Source: an uncultured Muribaculaceae bacterium (GTDB taxonomy: Bacteria > Bacillota_I > Bacilli_A > RF39 > UBA660). Taken from it: a stretch of 40,792 nt of DNA. Under the pieces are notes generated by a model, which made no database searches, was not told where the DNA came from, and saw only the letters and a list, made by a program, of their open reading frames with translations. Location: positions 1 to 40,792 of the forward strand of contig CAYMEJ010000003.1 in NCBI GenBank assembly GCA_964389735.1. The letters are read 5' to 3'. Of the stretch, positions 1 to 9,317 are shown piece after piece (position 1 is the stretch's first letter; the number at the start of each line of letters is the position of its first letter). The position numbers and the translations under genes were made by a program.

Positions 1-699
1 AAAATGAAGTATATAAAAGAGTAAAGGATTATAGTAAAAATAAAAGTGATTTAGAAACATATTATAATGTAGGAAAACTCTTAGCAAATGCAGGTAAACA
101 TTATGGTGAAGGAATAATAAAGGAGTATTCTATTAAGTTAACTAAAGAATTAGGTAAAGGATATACAACAAGTTCATTAAAAAGAATGAGGCAATTTTAT
201 TTTTTTATAGAAAAAGGTGCACCACTGGTGCACCAATTGACATGGAGCCATTATATAATATTATTGTCAATTAAAGATGATAATAAAAGAAATTATTATA
301 TAAAAATGTGTGTCGAAAATAATTGGAGTAAAAGAGAATTAAGAAATAAGATAAAGCAAAATGAATATGAAAGGTTAGATGATAAAGCAAAGATAAGATT
401 AGTTAAGAATGAAGAAAATAGAATATAAGATTAAAATAGGAGATAGATATAATTATATAGATATTCTTTTATACAATATTAATTATAATTGTTATGTAGT
501 AATAGAATTAAAAGTAACAGAAATAAAAGCAGAGTATATTGGACAAATAAAGAAGTATATGAATTATATAGATGTTAATTTAAGAAATATTAATCAAGAT
601 AAAACTATAGGAATAATAATATGTAAGAAAGATAATAAGTTTATTATGGAATATTGTAGTGATGAAAGAGTATTTAAAACTACTTATATTTTAGTTTAA
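1..699 (+). pseudogene. DUF1016/YhcG-family PD-(D/E)XK nuclease gene, disrupted. The 5' end lies outside the window, and there is a frame break and internal loss around 400-428.
   Basis: The reading frame is open from the window edge to the stop at 426-428. It translates to ...YYNVGKLLANAGKHYGEGIIKEYSIKLTKELGKGYTTSSLKRMRQFY..., a typical YhcG N-terminal region. A second ORF (409-699, open only from 403 in another frame) carries the C-terminal nuclease core: YIDILLYNINYNCYVVIELKVTEIKAEYIGQIKKYMNYID...TIGIIICK. The segment that normally links the two parts is missing. Confidence 0.6.
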
Positions 700-765
700 A
701 AAAATTATATTTATCTTCCTTTTTTTATTAAAATAAGTTATAATTATTTATAGTGTAGAATAGGG

Positions 766-2331
766 GTGGTATATGTGATACTAAGAAAACCATATGCCTT
801 TTTAATAAAACATTTTCAAAAGATAAACTTTGTATTATTGTTGCTTGCAATTTTTACTTTCATTAAGAACAGAGAGATTTATGCTTTTGTAAAAGAGTAT
901 ATTGAATTGGGTATATATAATTCTAGTGTTGATTCAATAGGTAATTATATTTCAACAATAGTATTAATTGTTTTATTTGTAATATTAATATTATCTGCTA
1001 TATTGATTATTTTATTGAAGCATAAGGATAAACCAATTATTACGTATTCTATTATTACAATAGAATATTTATTCATGCTTGTAATGTATTTTTATACAAT
1101 AAAATATTTTGGTGAATTAAGTTCAACAAATTATGATGTAGCGTCTGCTATGATAGTTAGAGATTTAATATTTATTAGTAGTTTACCTCAATATATAGTA
1201 TTTATATTATTGTTGATTAGAACACTAGGATTAGATTTAAAAAGTTTTGGTTTTAGAGAAGACAAAGAATTCTTAGAGGCAGAAGAAGATAGAGAAGAAG
1301 TTGAAGTTGCTGTTGGTTTTGATTATGATAAAGCTAAAAGAACTTTTAAACAAAAAATAAGATATTTAAAATATTTTTTCTTAGAGCATAAATTTGTAAT
1401 TAGTATTTTACTTACAATAACAGTTTTATTTAGTGCATTTAGTATATATAACTATGTTTTTGTTGAAAATAAAATATATAAAATGGGTTATAATTTTAAT
1501 AGTAATAGTTATACCTTTAAAGTAAACGCTACTTATATTACTAATAAAGATTATGCTGGTAATATTATTACTAATGAAAATACTTATTATGTCTTGGTAG
1601 ATGTAGATGTAAAAAATAATTTATCTACTGAAAGAACTTTAGATATTGAAAAGTTTTTCTTATCTACTAGTCAAAAATATTATATACCTGAAGTAAGATT
1701 TAATACTTATTTTGAGGATATGGCTAATTTATTTAAAAAAGAATCAATTAAAGGTATGAAGAGTGCAAACTATATTTTAATATTTGAAATAGATAAGCCT
1801 AAGAAAGATGAAAACTTTATTTTATCTTATCAAGATGCTACTACTAATGATACAAAGATGAAAAAGGTTAGAATTGATATTACTGATATAAGTAATTTTA
1901 AGACTAAAGGAAAAGCAAAATTAATGGAAGATTTATTAATTCCAGTAAATCCTAAAGTTACTAAGGAAATGAATGTATATGAATATCAACTATTAGATGA
2001 AGTTAAGTATACATATAAGACTTGTGAAGTTTATGATTGTTATATGGAAGAGTCTAGAATGATTGCGGGTGCTAATAAAAAGATTTTATATCTAAGAACA
2101 TATATGGGTGATGATTCCAATAGTCAATTTTTAAATTTTACTCTTAAATATGGAAAAATAAAATATAAGGTACTTGATACTTGGTATACAGGTAAATTAA
2201 TTAACAAAGCTCCAAGAAGTTATAGAGGAAATTATTTGTACTTTGATGTAAGTGGAAATGTTCAAAATGCTAGTGAAATAGAATTGTATTTTACAATTAG
2301 GCAATTCCAATATTTCTATAAATTAAAATAG
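766..2331 (+). CDS. Polytopic membrane protein with an acidic linker and a beta-rich extracytoplasmic C-terminal domain; function unknown.
   Basis: 521-aa ORF. The N-terminal ~160 aa contain several hydrophobic helices, followed by EDKEFLEAEEDREEVE, another TM segment and a Y/N/K-rich domain. The start is GTG at 766 or GTG at 775, after AGGGGTGG. Confidence 0.65.
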   Translation: MVYVILRKPYAFLIKHFQKINFVLLLLAIFTFIKNREIYAFVKEYIELGIYNSSVDSIGNYISTIVLIVLFVILILSAILIILLKHKDKPIITYSIITIEYLFMLVMYFYTIKYFGELSSTNYDVASAMIVRDLIFISSLPQYIVFILLLIRTLGLDLKSFGFREDKEFLEAEEDREEVEVAVGFDYDKAKRTFKQKIRYLKYFFLEHKFVISILLTITVLFSAFSIYNYVFVENKIYKMGYNFNSNSYTFKVNATYITNKDYAGNIITNENTYYVLVDVDVKNNLSTERTLDIEKFFLSTSQKYYIPEVRFNTYFEDMANLFKKESIKGMKSANYILIFEIDKPKKDENFILSYQDATTNDTKMKKVRIDITDISNFKTKGKAKLMEDLLIPVNPKVTKEMNVYEYQLLDEVKYTYKTCEVYDCYMEESRMIAGANKKILYLRTYMGDDSNSQFLNFTLKYGKIKYKVLDTWYTGKLINKAPRSYRGNYLYFDVSGNVQNASEIELYFTIRQFQYFYKLK

Positions 2332-2340
2332 GAGGTTAGT

Positions 2341-4185
2341 ATGAAAAAATTAAAAAATATGAGTAAAGAACAATTGAAAAAACTTTCTATGAAATTAGGA
2401 ATTATAGGTATTGTAATAATATTATTGTATATAATTTGGTTAATCTTTTTAGAGAAAACAGTTATATTTATGTCGTATGAAGAACGTTTTCAAAATAGTG
2501 TAGAAAAATACTTAGAAAGAAATGAAAATTATGTTCCTGAAAATGGCAGAATGAGAAGTTTTACTTTACAAGAGGCATATGAAAAAGGAATTTTAGATAC
2601 TTTATATGTTCCTAAAACAAAAAACATGTGTGATGTTGATAGTTGGGTAAAAGTTAAAGTAGATGAAGATGGTGAAATTAATTATTATACATATTTAAAA
2701 TGTGGAAAGTATGAATCAAAAACTGACCATACTGGACCAGTTATTACACTTAATGGTGATTCTTCAATTTTAAATCCTTTAGGTAATGAATATAAAGATT
2801 TAGGTGTAAAGAGTGTTGTTGATGATAAGGATGGTAAGATAGATACTAAGAATGTTATCATTAATACTAATAAAGTTTTGAGTAATAAAACTGGTACATA
2901 TGAAGTTACATATAAGGTTTATGATAGCTTAAGAAATGTTACTACTATTACAAGAAAGGTTACAGTAGTTGAAAAATTATCTGATAGGATAAAAAAAGAT
3001 ACAAATGGTACTAGTTTGTATGCTGGAGTTGATCTTAATAATTATGTATTATTTTCTGGAATGGTATGGCAAATATTAGGAATTAATGAAGATGGTACTA
3101 TTAAGTTGGTATTATTTGATAATGCTGTTAATATGGCATATGATGGTGGAAATTTTAATGATTCACAAATAAAAGAGTGGTTGAACAGTGTTTTTTATAA
3201 ATCATTAACAAATGCTGAAAAGTATATTGTAAAGGATAATAAATGGTGTGTTGATACAGTTAGTAGTTATGATACAGCTTCTACTGATTGTACTACTTAT
3301 AGTGAACCTTCAACTGTTGGTATGTTATCTATTGCTGATTATAAAAAAAGCTTGGTAGGAGATAAATCATATTTAATGACTAGAAATTCTTATAGATTTT
3401 TAAATAAAGTGGATACAATTAATTCATGGATAAAATATAGTTATAAGGGTAAGCCTATTCATTCTTATGATGATACTTCTTTAGTAGGAATTAGACCTGT
3501 TATTATTCTTAAAGATAATTTATTTATATTAAGTGGTGATGGAAGAACTGATACTCCATTTAAATTAAATGATTATAAGACTGGAAATGAAAATGATTTA
3601 GTAAAGGATAGAATAATTGGTGAATATGTTTATTATTCAGGATCATATTGGAGAATTACAGGAAAAGATTCAGAGGGTAATGTAAAAATGACAATGGCTG
3701 AAACATTTAGAATTGCAAAAACTTCTGAAGTATTGAATGCTAAATATGAGGATAATGTAAAGAGAATATTTGATCCTACTGAAAAAGGAAATCTTGGTTA
3801 TAAGATTAATAATGAAATAATTGATTATATTGATGATAAGTATTTAGTTTCAAAATCATGGGATTTACCATTATATAGTATGGAGAAAAAGTATTCTGAA
3901 TTAGAAAAGAAAACTTTTAAAGCAAAAATTAGTATACCAACTAGTTATGATTTATTTTCTGGTTGTAATGGAAATGATAGTTTGAGAAAAGGATCATATT
4001 GGTTACTTGATTATATGGATGATGAAGTTGATTTATTTATGATAAATGAAAGTAATGGATTAGCATTTATTGTTGATAGAGCTTTGTATGAAACTAATGG
4101 GTTAAAGTTAACAGTATATATTAAAGGAAATTCTAAGATTTCAAGTGGTATGGGTATTTTTTCAAGTCCATATTATATAAAATAG
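2341..4185 (+). CDS. N-terminally anchored surface protein with a bacterial Ig-like (DUF5011-type) domain and two repeated C-terminal modules; putative adhesin.
   Basis: RBS AGGAGG lies 6 nt upstream. There is a single N-terminal TM segment (LGIIGIVIILLYIIWLIFL). The Ig-like signature is GPVITLNGDSSI...TGTYEVTYKVYDSLRNVTTITRKVTVVE. No LPXTG-type C-terminus is present. Confidence 0.65.
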   Translation: MKKLKNMSKEQLKKLSMKLGIIGIVIILLYIIWLIFLEKTVIFMSYEERFQNSVEKYLERNENYVPENGRMRSFTLQEAYEKGILDTLYVPKTKNMCDVDSWVKVKVDEDGEINYYTYLKCGKYESKTDHTGPVITLNGDSSILNPLGNEYKDLGVKSVVDDKDGKIDTKNVIINTNKVLSNKTGTYEVTYKVYDSLRNVTTITRKVTVVEKLSDRIKKDTNGTSLYAGVDLNNYVLFSGMVWQILGINEDGTIKLVLFDNAVNMAYDGGNFNDSQIKEWLNSVFYKSLTNAEKYIVKDNKWCVDTVSSYDTASTDCTTYSEPSTVGMLSIADYKKSLVGDKSYLMTRNSYRFLNKVDTINSWIKYSYKGKPIHSYDDTSLVGIRPVIILKDNLFILSGDGRTDTPFKLNDYKTGNENDLVKDRIIGEYVYYSGSYWRITGKDSEGNVKMTMAETFRIAKTSEVLNAKYEDNVKRIFDPTEKGNLGYKINNEIIDYIDDKYLVSKSWDLPLYSMEKKYSELEKKTFKAKISIPTSYDLFSGCNGNDSLRKGSYWLLDYMDDEVDLFMINESNGLAFIVDRALYETNGLKLTVYIKGNSKISSGMGIFSSPYYIK

Positions 4186-4192
4186 GTGTTTT

Positions 4193-4936
4193 ATGAAGGA
4201 AAAAAAAATAATAATAGTATTAAGTGTTATATCAATTTTTATAATATTATTATGTGGAGTTATATACTTTATTAATTATTATATTAATTATGATAGATAT
4301 TATAAAATAGATTCTAGAGTTGATAATGTTTATAATACTAGGATACAAGATGCAGAAACAATAGGGTGGATTAAAATCCAAGGAACTGATATTGATTATC
4401 CAGTAATTAATGAGACAGATAATGCCTATTATTCTGGGGAAGATTATTTATGGAGAATTAATTCTTACAAGGAAGGTAACAATAGAGAAGTAATATATGG
4501 ACATAATATTTTGAATGTTTCGTCTAAGCCTATTGTTACTGATCCTGATCATACTAGATTTGAACAATTAATGTCATTTGTATATGAAGATTTTGCAAGT
4601 AAAAATCTTTATGTGCAATATTCAAAAGGTAGTAAGGATTATTTATATAAGATTTATGCAATTGGTTTTATAAAGAGAAATGATGAAAAAGGTAATTCTT
4701 TTTCAACTAAAGAAGAAACTAAAGAATATATAAAATCTACACTAAATAACAGTATATATAAATATAACGTTGATGTTAATGAGAATGATGAAATAATTTC
4801 TCTCATTACATGTACTAGATATTTTGGAGTAAGTGGAAAAAATCAATTTAGAGTTGATGCAAGATTGTTAAGAAAAAATGAAAGAATTACAAAATATAAT
4901 ATTGAAACAACTGGAAATTATGATATAATCAAATAA
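4193..4936 (+). CDS. srtB: Class B sortase
   Basis: The protein has an N-terminal TM anchor. TIGWIKIQGTDIDYPVINETDNAYY matches the SrtB IVGWIKLSGTSLNYPVLQG block. The catalytic His is in VIYGHN, the Cys in ISLITCT and the Arg in FRVDARL. Confidence 0.85.
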   Translation: MKEKKIIIVLSVISIFIILLCGVIYFINYYINYDRYYKIDSRVDNVYNTRIQDAETIGWIKIQGTDIDYPVINETDNAYYSGEDYLWRINSYKEGNNREVIYGHNILNVSSKPIVTDPDHTRFEQLMSFVYEDFASKNLYVQYSKGSKDYLYKIYAIGFIKRNDEKGNSFSTKEETKEYIKSTLNNSIYKYNVDVNENDEIISLITCTRYFGVSGKNQFRVDARLLRKNERITKYNIETTGNYDIIK

Positions 4937-4952
4937 GGTAGGAGGTCTTTAA

Positions 4953-7900
4953 ATGAGAAAGGTTCAAAAAAGAAATAGGAAAATATTATTTCTAACAGCA
5001 CTTTTTGTTGCAACGTTCTTCTGGTGTGACAATGTTTATGCTGATTGGTTTGGTAATAATTATATTTGTTTGGATTACAGTGTTGTTAAAGTTGATCCAA
5101 AAGCAGATAGTAAAAAAACAAAAGTTAAGGATATTCAAAATCTTACAAAACAGGATTTATATAATAGACATATTGCATATCCTGAAAGCATAGGTAAAGA
5201 GTTCGATGCTTGTATGGTACAAACAAATAATTATAAAACTTGTCAAAAGAAAAGAAGAGAACAAGAAATTTTATATGAAATAAATGTGCAATATACAGGT
5301 AGATCTTGTGTTAGACAATGGAATCCTGAAAATAATAGCTGGTTGTTTCAAACTTGTCCAACAACAGCAGATGCGAGAAAGTATGATATGAGTGTTATTA
5401 CAGATAATGATCATTTAACTTATACTTATAATGCTGCTACTAATAAATATGATATTAGTTTTCATCCTAATAAAGTTCGTGCTGATTATGCAAGTGTTAA
5501 AGGTTTAAAACTATCAATGGCTGGAAAAGTTGCAATGACAGTTGATGGTAAAACAAAAGAAATGTTTAAAACAGATGAACTTGGAAATCCTGAAAAAGTA
5601 ATACGTGAAAATATTGGTTTAGGAAATAATGGTACAATAACTGTTAGCCTTGATTTAGGAACAGATTTTTACTTTGTTTTCTATATAGCTAATGGTGGTA
5701 TCTGTGATGGAGCTAGAATTGGATATTATCAAGGAACTGTTCCTTCTAATATACCTAATCCATATAAGGATGCTTCAGTATGTACTAATTATAAAAATCT
5801 TTATAAGGGAACTGAAAATGAAGATTTAGCAAAAGAACTTGTTCCTTTATGTTATCAAGATGAAATAGATGGTACAAAGAAAACAGAAATACTTGATGAA
5901 ATAAATAAGGGTATTGCAACAGCAAATGCTGCACTTACTACTGTACAAACTAATAGTACAACAGGGTTAGATATGTCTTGTGAATTTGAACCTAACACTT
6001 ATAATCCTCTAACAAACGAAAATACTGTAAATAAAAGAAGTTTAGTTTATACTAATTTCTTAAATGTAGGTAATACAAAATATTGGAAAGCATATTGTAC
6101 AGAGAAAATGACAATTGAATATGATGAACCTAAAGCAGTTAATGCTGGTACAGGTTTTGCTTATCAAATAAAAATAACACTTGAAAGAGCTTGCGAACCG
6201 GTTCAAGTTGCACTTGTTCCATATTATCCACAATGTTCTTATACAGTTGAATGCTATGGAGGTCCTGCAAACCATAATGGTGAAGCTGGTGCTGGTCCTA
6301 GTAAAGCATTTGATACTTGTGTTAATAGTTGTGATGGTGGAAAATATACTCAAGAGTGTATTAATAAATGTAATACAGTTACAAATCAATTAAGTTCAAC
6401 TTCTAATAGTAAGGGTTGGGTTTCATTTATGAATGCAACTAAAGAAACTGTTGGAGTTTTAAGATTAGGAGTTTACAATTATAATTATGCAAATGAAGGC
6501 TTAGCTGGTATATGTAATGATGGTGGTACAAGATTACCTCGTGCTGAAGGATGCTGGGCTACTGAAAGTAATGAAGATTGTGGTGGAGATGGTTCTACAT
6601 ATTGTACTACTGCTCATGGTGTACAATTCACATATTTAGATGGATGTAATGCTAATGGTGAAGTTGGTGGAACAAAATGTATGGAAGTATATAGACAATA
6701 TCCATGTGTTCACGATGATGCACTTACAAATTATAGAAGAAGATTAAATGATTCAAGAAATGAATTAAATAATATAATAGCAATAATAAGTGATTACTCA
6801 TCAGGTGGAGATAATCATTATACAAAAGATGAAACATTTAATGCTAATGTAATAGATTCATATACTAATAAAGCAGTTTCATTCTCATCTAAAAATGATC
6901 CTAATAATAATAAATTATCTGTTAAAGCAGTTAATTCAGTAGTTAATTCAATGTCATATAATAAAACTCAAAATGGAAAGAATGAAACAGTTACATTAAA
7001 TGCTGGAAAGATTTCTGATAAGATTTTAGGTTATGCAGTTGGTGGAGTTTCTCAAAGCGAAATAGCAGTAAGTGTTAATAGATACATTGTTAAGAGAGTA
7101 GTTACTGTTGATTTCCCAATAGCATATGTACCTAGTTCAACTAATAATGATAAAGTAAAATATTCAACTACTGATCCTTCAACTAGTGGATTAAATATTT
7201 ACTATAATGGTGGAAATAAGTATTATACAAATTTATATTCTCCAGCAATTAATTCATATTATGGTTGGAGATCATATGTTGATAATAATAATCAATTAAG
7301 ATACTTTGATATTAATAGTAAATCTACTGATTCTTATACTAAAAATATTAAATATGTTATTAATAATATTGGTAGTTGGAATCAATGGGGTGGAGCAAAC
7401 AAGAAATTAGATCTTGAATGTTTCTATGGACTTATTAATAAATATTGTGTTTCATGTAATGTAAAAGATGAAATATCATTGAAACATGCTTGTAATACAA
7501 ATACAGATTTATGTACTACAGGTATTCAATACATTTTTAGACCAATTGATTTAAATGATGTTTTCCCTAATGACAGAGATCCAAGATGGAATTGGAGCAA
7601 TGCTTCTAAAATGACATTATTTAAGAATTATAATATTGATCCTACAAAATATACTTCTATGGTAGAGGAAGTAGGAAGTAGTAATAATACAATTTATAAG
7701 AATTCTAATACAGCACCTGGTGATGATGCAAATCCAGAATTAGATTATGAAATATATTTAACAAAAGGTAATATTTCAGCTATTAAGACTTATAATAAAG
7801 ATCATGAAAATTATTTGAATTATGATAATATGTCTTGTTCAAAAAATAAAGATGGTCAAATAAGTTGTAAGAGTGATTTCATTGGAAATACTTCTTATAT

Positions 7901-7967
7901 GACTTTATACCAAAGAAGAGATAATGAGTGCAATAATTCAGTTAGTGATACTGAATGTGCATATTAG
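4953..7967 (+). CDS. Large secreted cysteine-rich protein (1004 aa), function unknown; candidate adhesin or tip protein.
   Basis: RBS GGAGG. The Sec signal peptide reads MRKVQKRNRKILFLTALFVATFFWCDNVYA|DW. More than 30 Cys residues are spread over the mature protein. There is no C-terminal anchor or sorting signal. A conserved-looking C-terminal block reads GIQYIFRPIDLNDVFPNDRDPRWNW. Confidence 0.7.
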   Translation: MRKVQKRNRKILFLTALFVATFFWCDNVYADWFGNNYICLDYSVVKVDPKADSKKTKVKDIQNLTKQDLYNRHIAYPESIGKEFDACMVQTNNYKTCQKKRREQEILYEINVQYTGRSCVRQWNPENNSWLFQTCPTTADARKYDMSVITDNDHLTYTYNAATNKYDISFHPNKVRADYASVKGLKLSMAGKVAMTVDGKTKEMFKTDELGNPEKVIRENIGLGNNGTITVSLDLGTDFYFVFYIANGGICDGARIGYYQGTVPSNIPNPYKDASVCTNYKNLYKGTENEDLAKELVPLCYQDEIDGTKKTEILDEINKGIATANAALTTVQTNSTTGLDMSCEFEPNTYNPLTNENTVNKRSLVYTNFLNVGNTKYWKAYCTEKMTIEYDEPKAVNAGTGFAYQIKITLERACEPVQVALVPYYPQCSYTVECYGGPANHNGEAGAGPSKAFDTCVNSCDGGKYTQECINKCNTVTNQLSSTSNSKGWVSFMNATKETVGVLRLGVYNYNYANEGLAGICNDGGTRLPRAEGCWATESNEDCGGDGSTYCTTAHGVQFTYLDGCNANGEVGGTKCMEVYRQYPCVHDDALTNYRRRLNDSRNELNNIIAIISDYSSGGDNHYTKDETFNANVIDSYTNKAVSFSSKNDPNNNKLSVKAVNSVVNSMSYNKTQNGKNETVTLNAGKISDKILGYAVGGVSQSEIAVSVNRYIVKRVVTVDFPIAYVPSSTNNDKVKYSTTDPSTSGLNIYYNGGNKYYTNLYSPAINSYYGWRSYVDNNNQLRYFDINSKSTDSYTKNIKYVINNIGSWNQWGGANKKLDLECFYGLINKYCVSCNVKDEISLKHACNTNTDLCTTGIQYIFRPIDLNDVFPNDRDPRWNWSNASKMTLFKNYNIDPTKYTSMVEEVGSSNNTIYKNSNTAPGDDANPELDYEIYLTKGNISAIKTYNKDHENYLNYDNMSCSKNKDGQISCKSDFIGNTSYMTLYQRRDNECNNSVSDTECAY

Positions 7968-7989
7968 TAGTAGAAAGGTGGGATAATGA

Positions 7990-8415
7990 ATGAGTAAGGG
8001 AATGTTAGCAACTGGTGTAGTAATTCTTGGAATTTTTGCACTAGCTGTAGTTAATGTAATTCAAAACTATTCTTCAGGAAATGAACTGGACTACTACTTA
8101 TTAAAAGATACAACTGAGGCGGCAATGGTAGATGCCGTCGATGTTGGATTTTATAGACTTAGTGGTGGAGAATTAAGAATTGATAAAGAAAAATTTGTTG
8201 AAAGTTTTATTAGAAGATTTGCTGAAAGTGTAAATCAAGATCGTAATTATGATGTTAGATTTTATGATATAAATGAAACTCCTCCAAAGGTAAGTATTAA
8301 GATTGGATCTTCTACTAGTGTTACTTTTAGTGGTGATGATTTTGATATAAAAAATCAAATAGATGCTATACTTGAAACTAAATATCAAGAAAATAGACTT
8401 CTTGGTGAGGTTTAA
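7990..8415 (+). CDS. Small protein with an N-terminal hydrophobic segment; possible pseudopilin or minor pilin.
   Basis: 141 aa. The N-terminus MSKGMLATGVVILGIFALAVVNVIQ is pilin-like. The gene sits directly upstream of the cpaB-like gene. RBS is AAAGGTGGG. Confidence 0.35.
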   Translation: MSKGMLATGVVILGIFALAVVNVIQNYSSGNELDYYLLKDTTEAAMVDAVDVGFYRLSGGELRIDKEKFVESFIRRFAESVNQDRNYDVRFYDINETPPKVSIKIGSSTSVTFSGDDFDIKNQIDAILETKYQENRLLGEV

Positions 8416-8437
8416 AAGATAGAAAGGGTGAAATAAA

Positions 8438-9280
8438 ATGGGTAATAATATTACAATAGCAATCAAAAGACTATTTACAAATAAAAACACAGTTACTATA
8501 GTTGGTGTTTTACTTGGAATTGTTGTATTATACGTTGGTTATAATATGCGTATTAATAAAGAAATAAATCCTACTGAGGTTCCTATTGCTAAAAAACTTT
8601 TAGCACCAGGAACAAAGATTACATCTGATGTAATTGATGTAGTAAAAGTACCTCCTGCTATGCTTAGAGGAAATCCTTATAGAAATAGTAGTGAAGTAGT
8701 AGGAAAATATGTTAATTCTGATACAATTATACCTGCTGGTAGTTTATTTTATGATAGAAGTGTAAAGTCAAAATCTGAATTACCTGCATCAATTATATAT
8801 GATATACCAGATGGTTATTCTTTAGTTAACTTTGCAGTTGATACTACAAGTACTTATGGTAATGCAGTATATCCTGGTAATTATATTGATATATATTTAA
8901 AGATAGTTAATAAGATAACTGAAGGTGCAGAATTAAAAGAAGATGCTAATAAAATTCAATTAGGTAAATTAATTGAAAATGTAAAAGTTTTAGCAGTTCT
9001 TGATGCTACAGGTCAATCTGTATTTGCTAACTTAGATGAACAAAGAACACCAGCACAAATAATATTTGCTGTTCCAGAGGAATATCATATTTTATTAAGA
9101 AAAGCAATGTATTTAAGAACTTATGAAGCAACACTTATTCCTGTACCAACTAACAATTCACTTAAAGAAGAAAAAGGTGAAATTGCTATTTCAAGTGAAA
9201 GATTAAAATCATTTATAAATACAGTTACAGTATGGGATGAAACTACTACTGATGTTGATGATTCAATCTTAAATCAATAA
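8438..9280 (+). CDS. cpaB: Flp pilus assembly protein CpaB/RcpC-like (SAF domain plus RcpC-like C-terminus).
   Basis: N-terminal TM segment. The SAF-like block is VPIAKKLLAPGTKITSDVIDVVKVPPAML...SEVVGKYVNSDTIIPAGSLF. The C-terminal block is IENVKVLAVLDATGQ...PAQIIFAVPEEYHILLRKAMYL. Confidence 0.75.
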   Translation: MGNNITIAIKRLFTNKNTVTIVGVLLGIVVLYVGYNMRINKEINPTEVPIAKKLLAPGTKITSDVIDVVKVPPAMLRGNPYRNSSEVVGKYVNSDTIIPAGSLFYDRSVKSKSELPASIIYDIPDGYSLVNFAVDTTSTYGNAVYPGNYIDIYLKIVNKITEGAELKEDANKIQLGKLIENVKVLAVLDATGQSVFANLDEQRTPAQIIFAVPEEYHILLRKAMYLRTYEATLIPVPTNNSLKEEKGEIAISSERLKSFINTVTVWDETTTDVDDSILNQ

Positions 9281-9317
9281 TATAAAAAGAAAAGAATAAA
9301 CAAAAGGGGATTAGAGC

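Noticed and set aside
766-2331. Whether the polytopic 521-aa protein could be the missing prepilin peptidase (TadV/A24).
   Set aside because: It has no GxGD/GGGDxK-type aspartyl-peptidase motifs, and its large extracytoplasmic beta-rich domain does not fit the A24 family architecture.
6003-6017. NPLTN motif (aa 351-355 of the 1004-aa protein), which resembles the SrtB sorting motif NPxTN.
   Set aside because: It sits in the first third of the protein. It is not followed by a hydrophobic segment and basic tail, so it cannot act as a C-terminal sorting signal. It is most likely a chance match in an N/T-rich protein.
5005-6393. ORFs 5005-5193(+), 6060-6389(-) and 6181-6393(+) from the ORF track, inside the 1004-aa gene.
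   Set aside because: They overlap a much longer ORF that has an RBS and a signal peptide. Their products are low-complexity I/L/F/T-rich strings, typical of off-frame or antisense reading of AT-rich coding DNA. None has an RBS.
8173-8490. 105-aa ORF on the minus strand.
   Set aside because: It is antisense to the 7990-8415 and 8438-9280 genes. It has shadow-ORF composition (I/L/F/K/N) and no ribosome-binding site.
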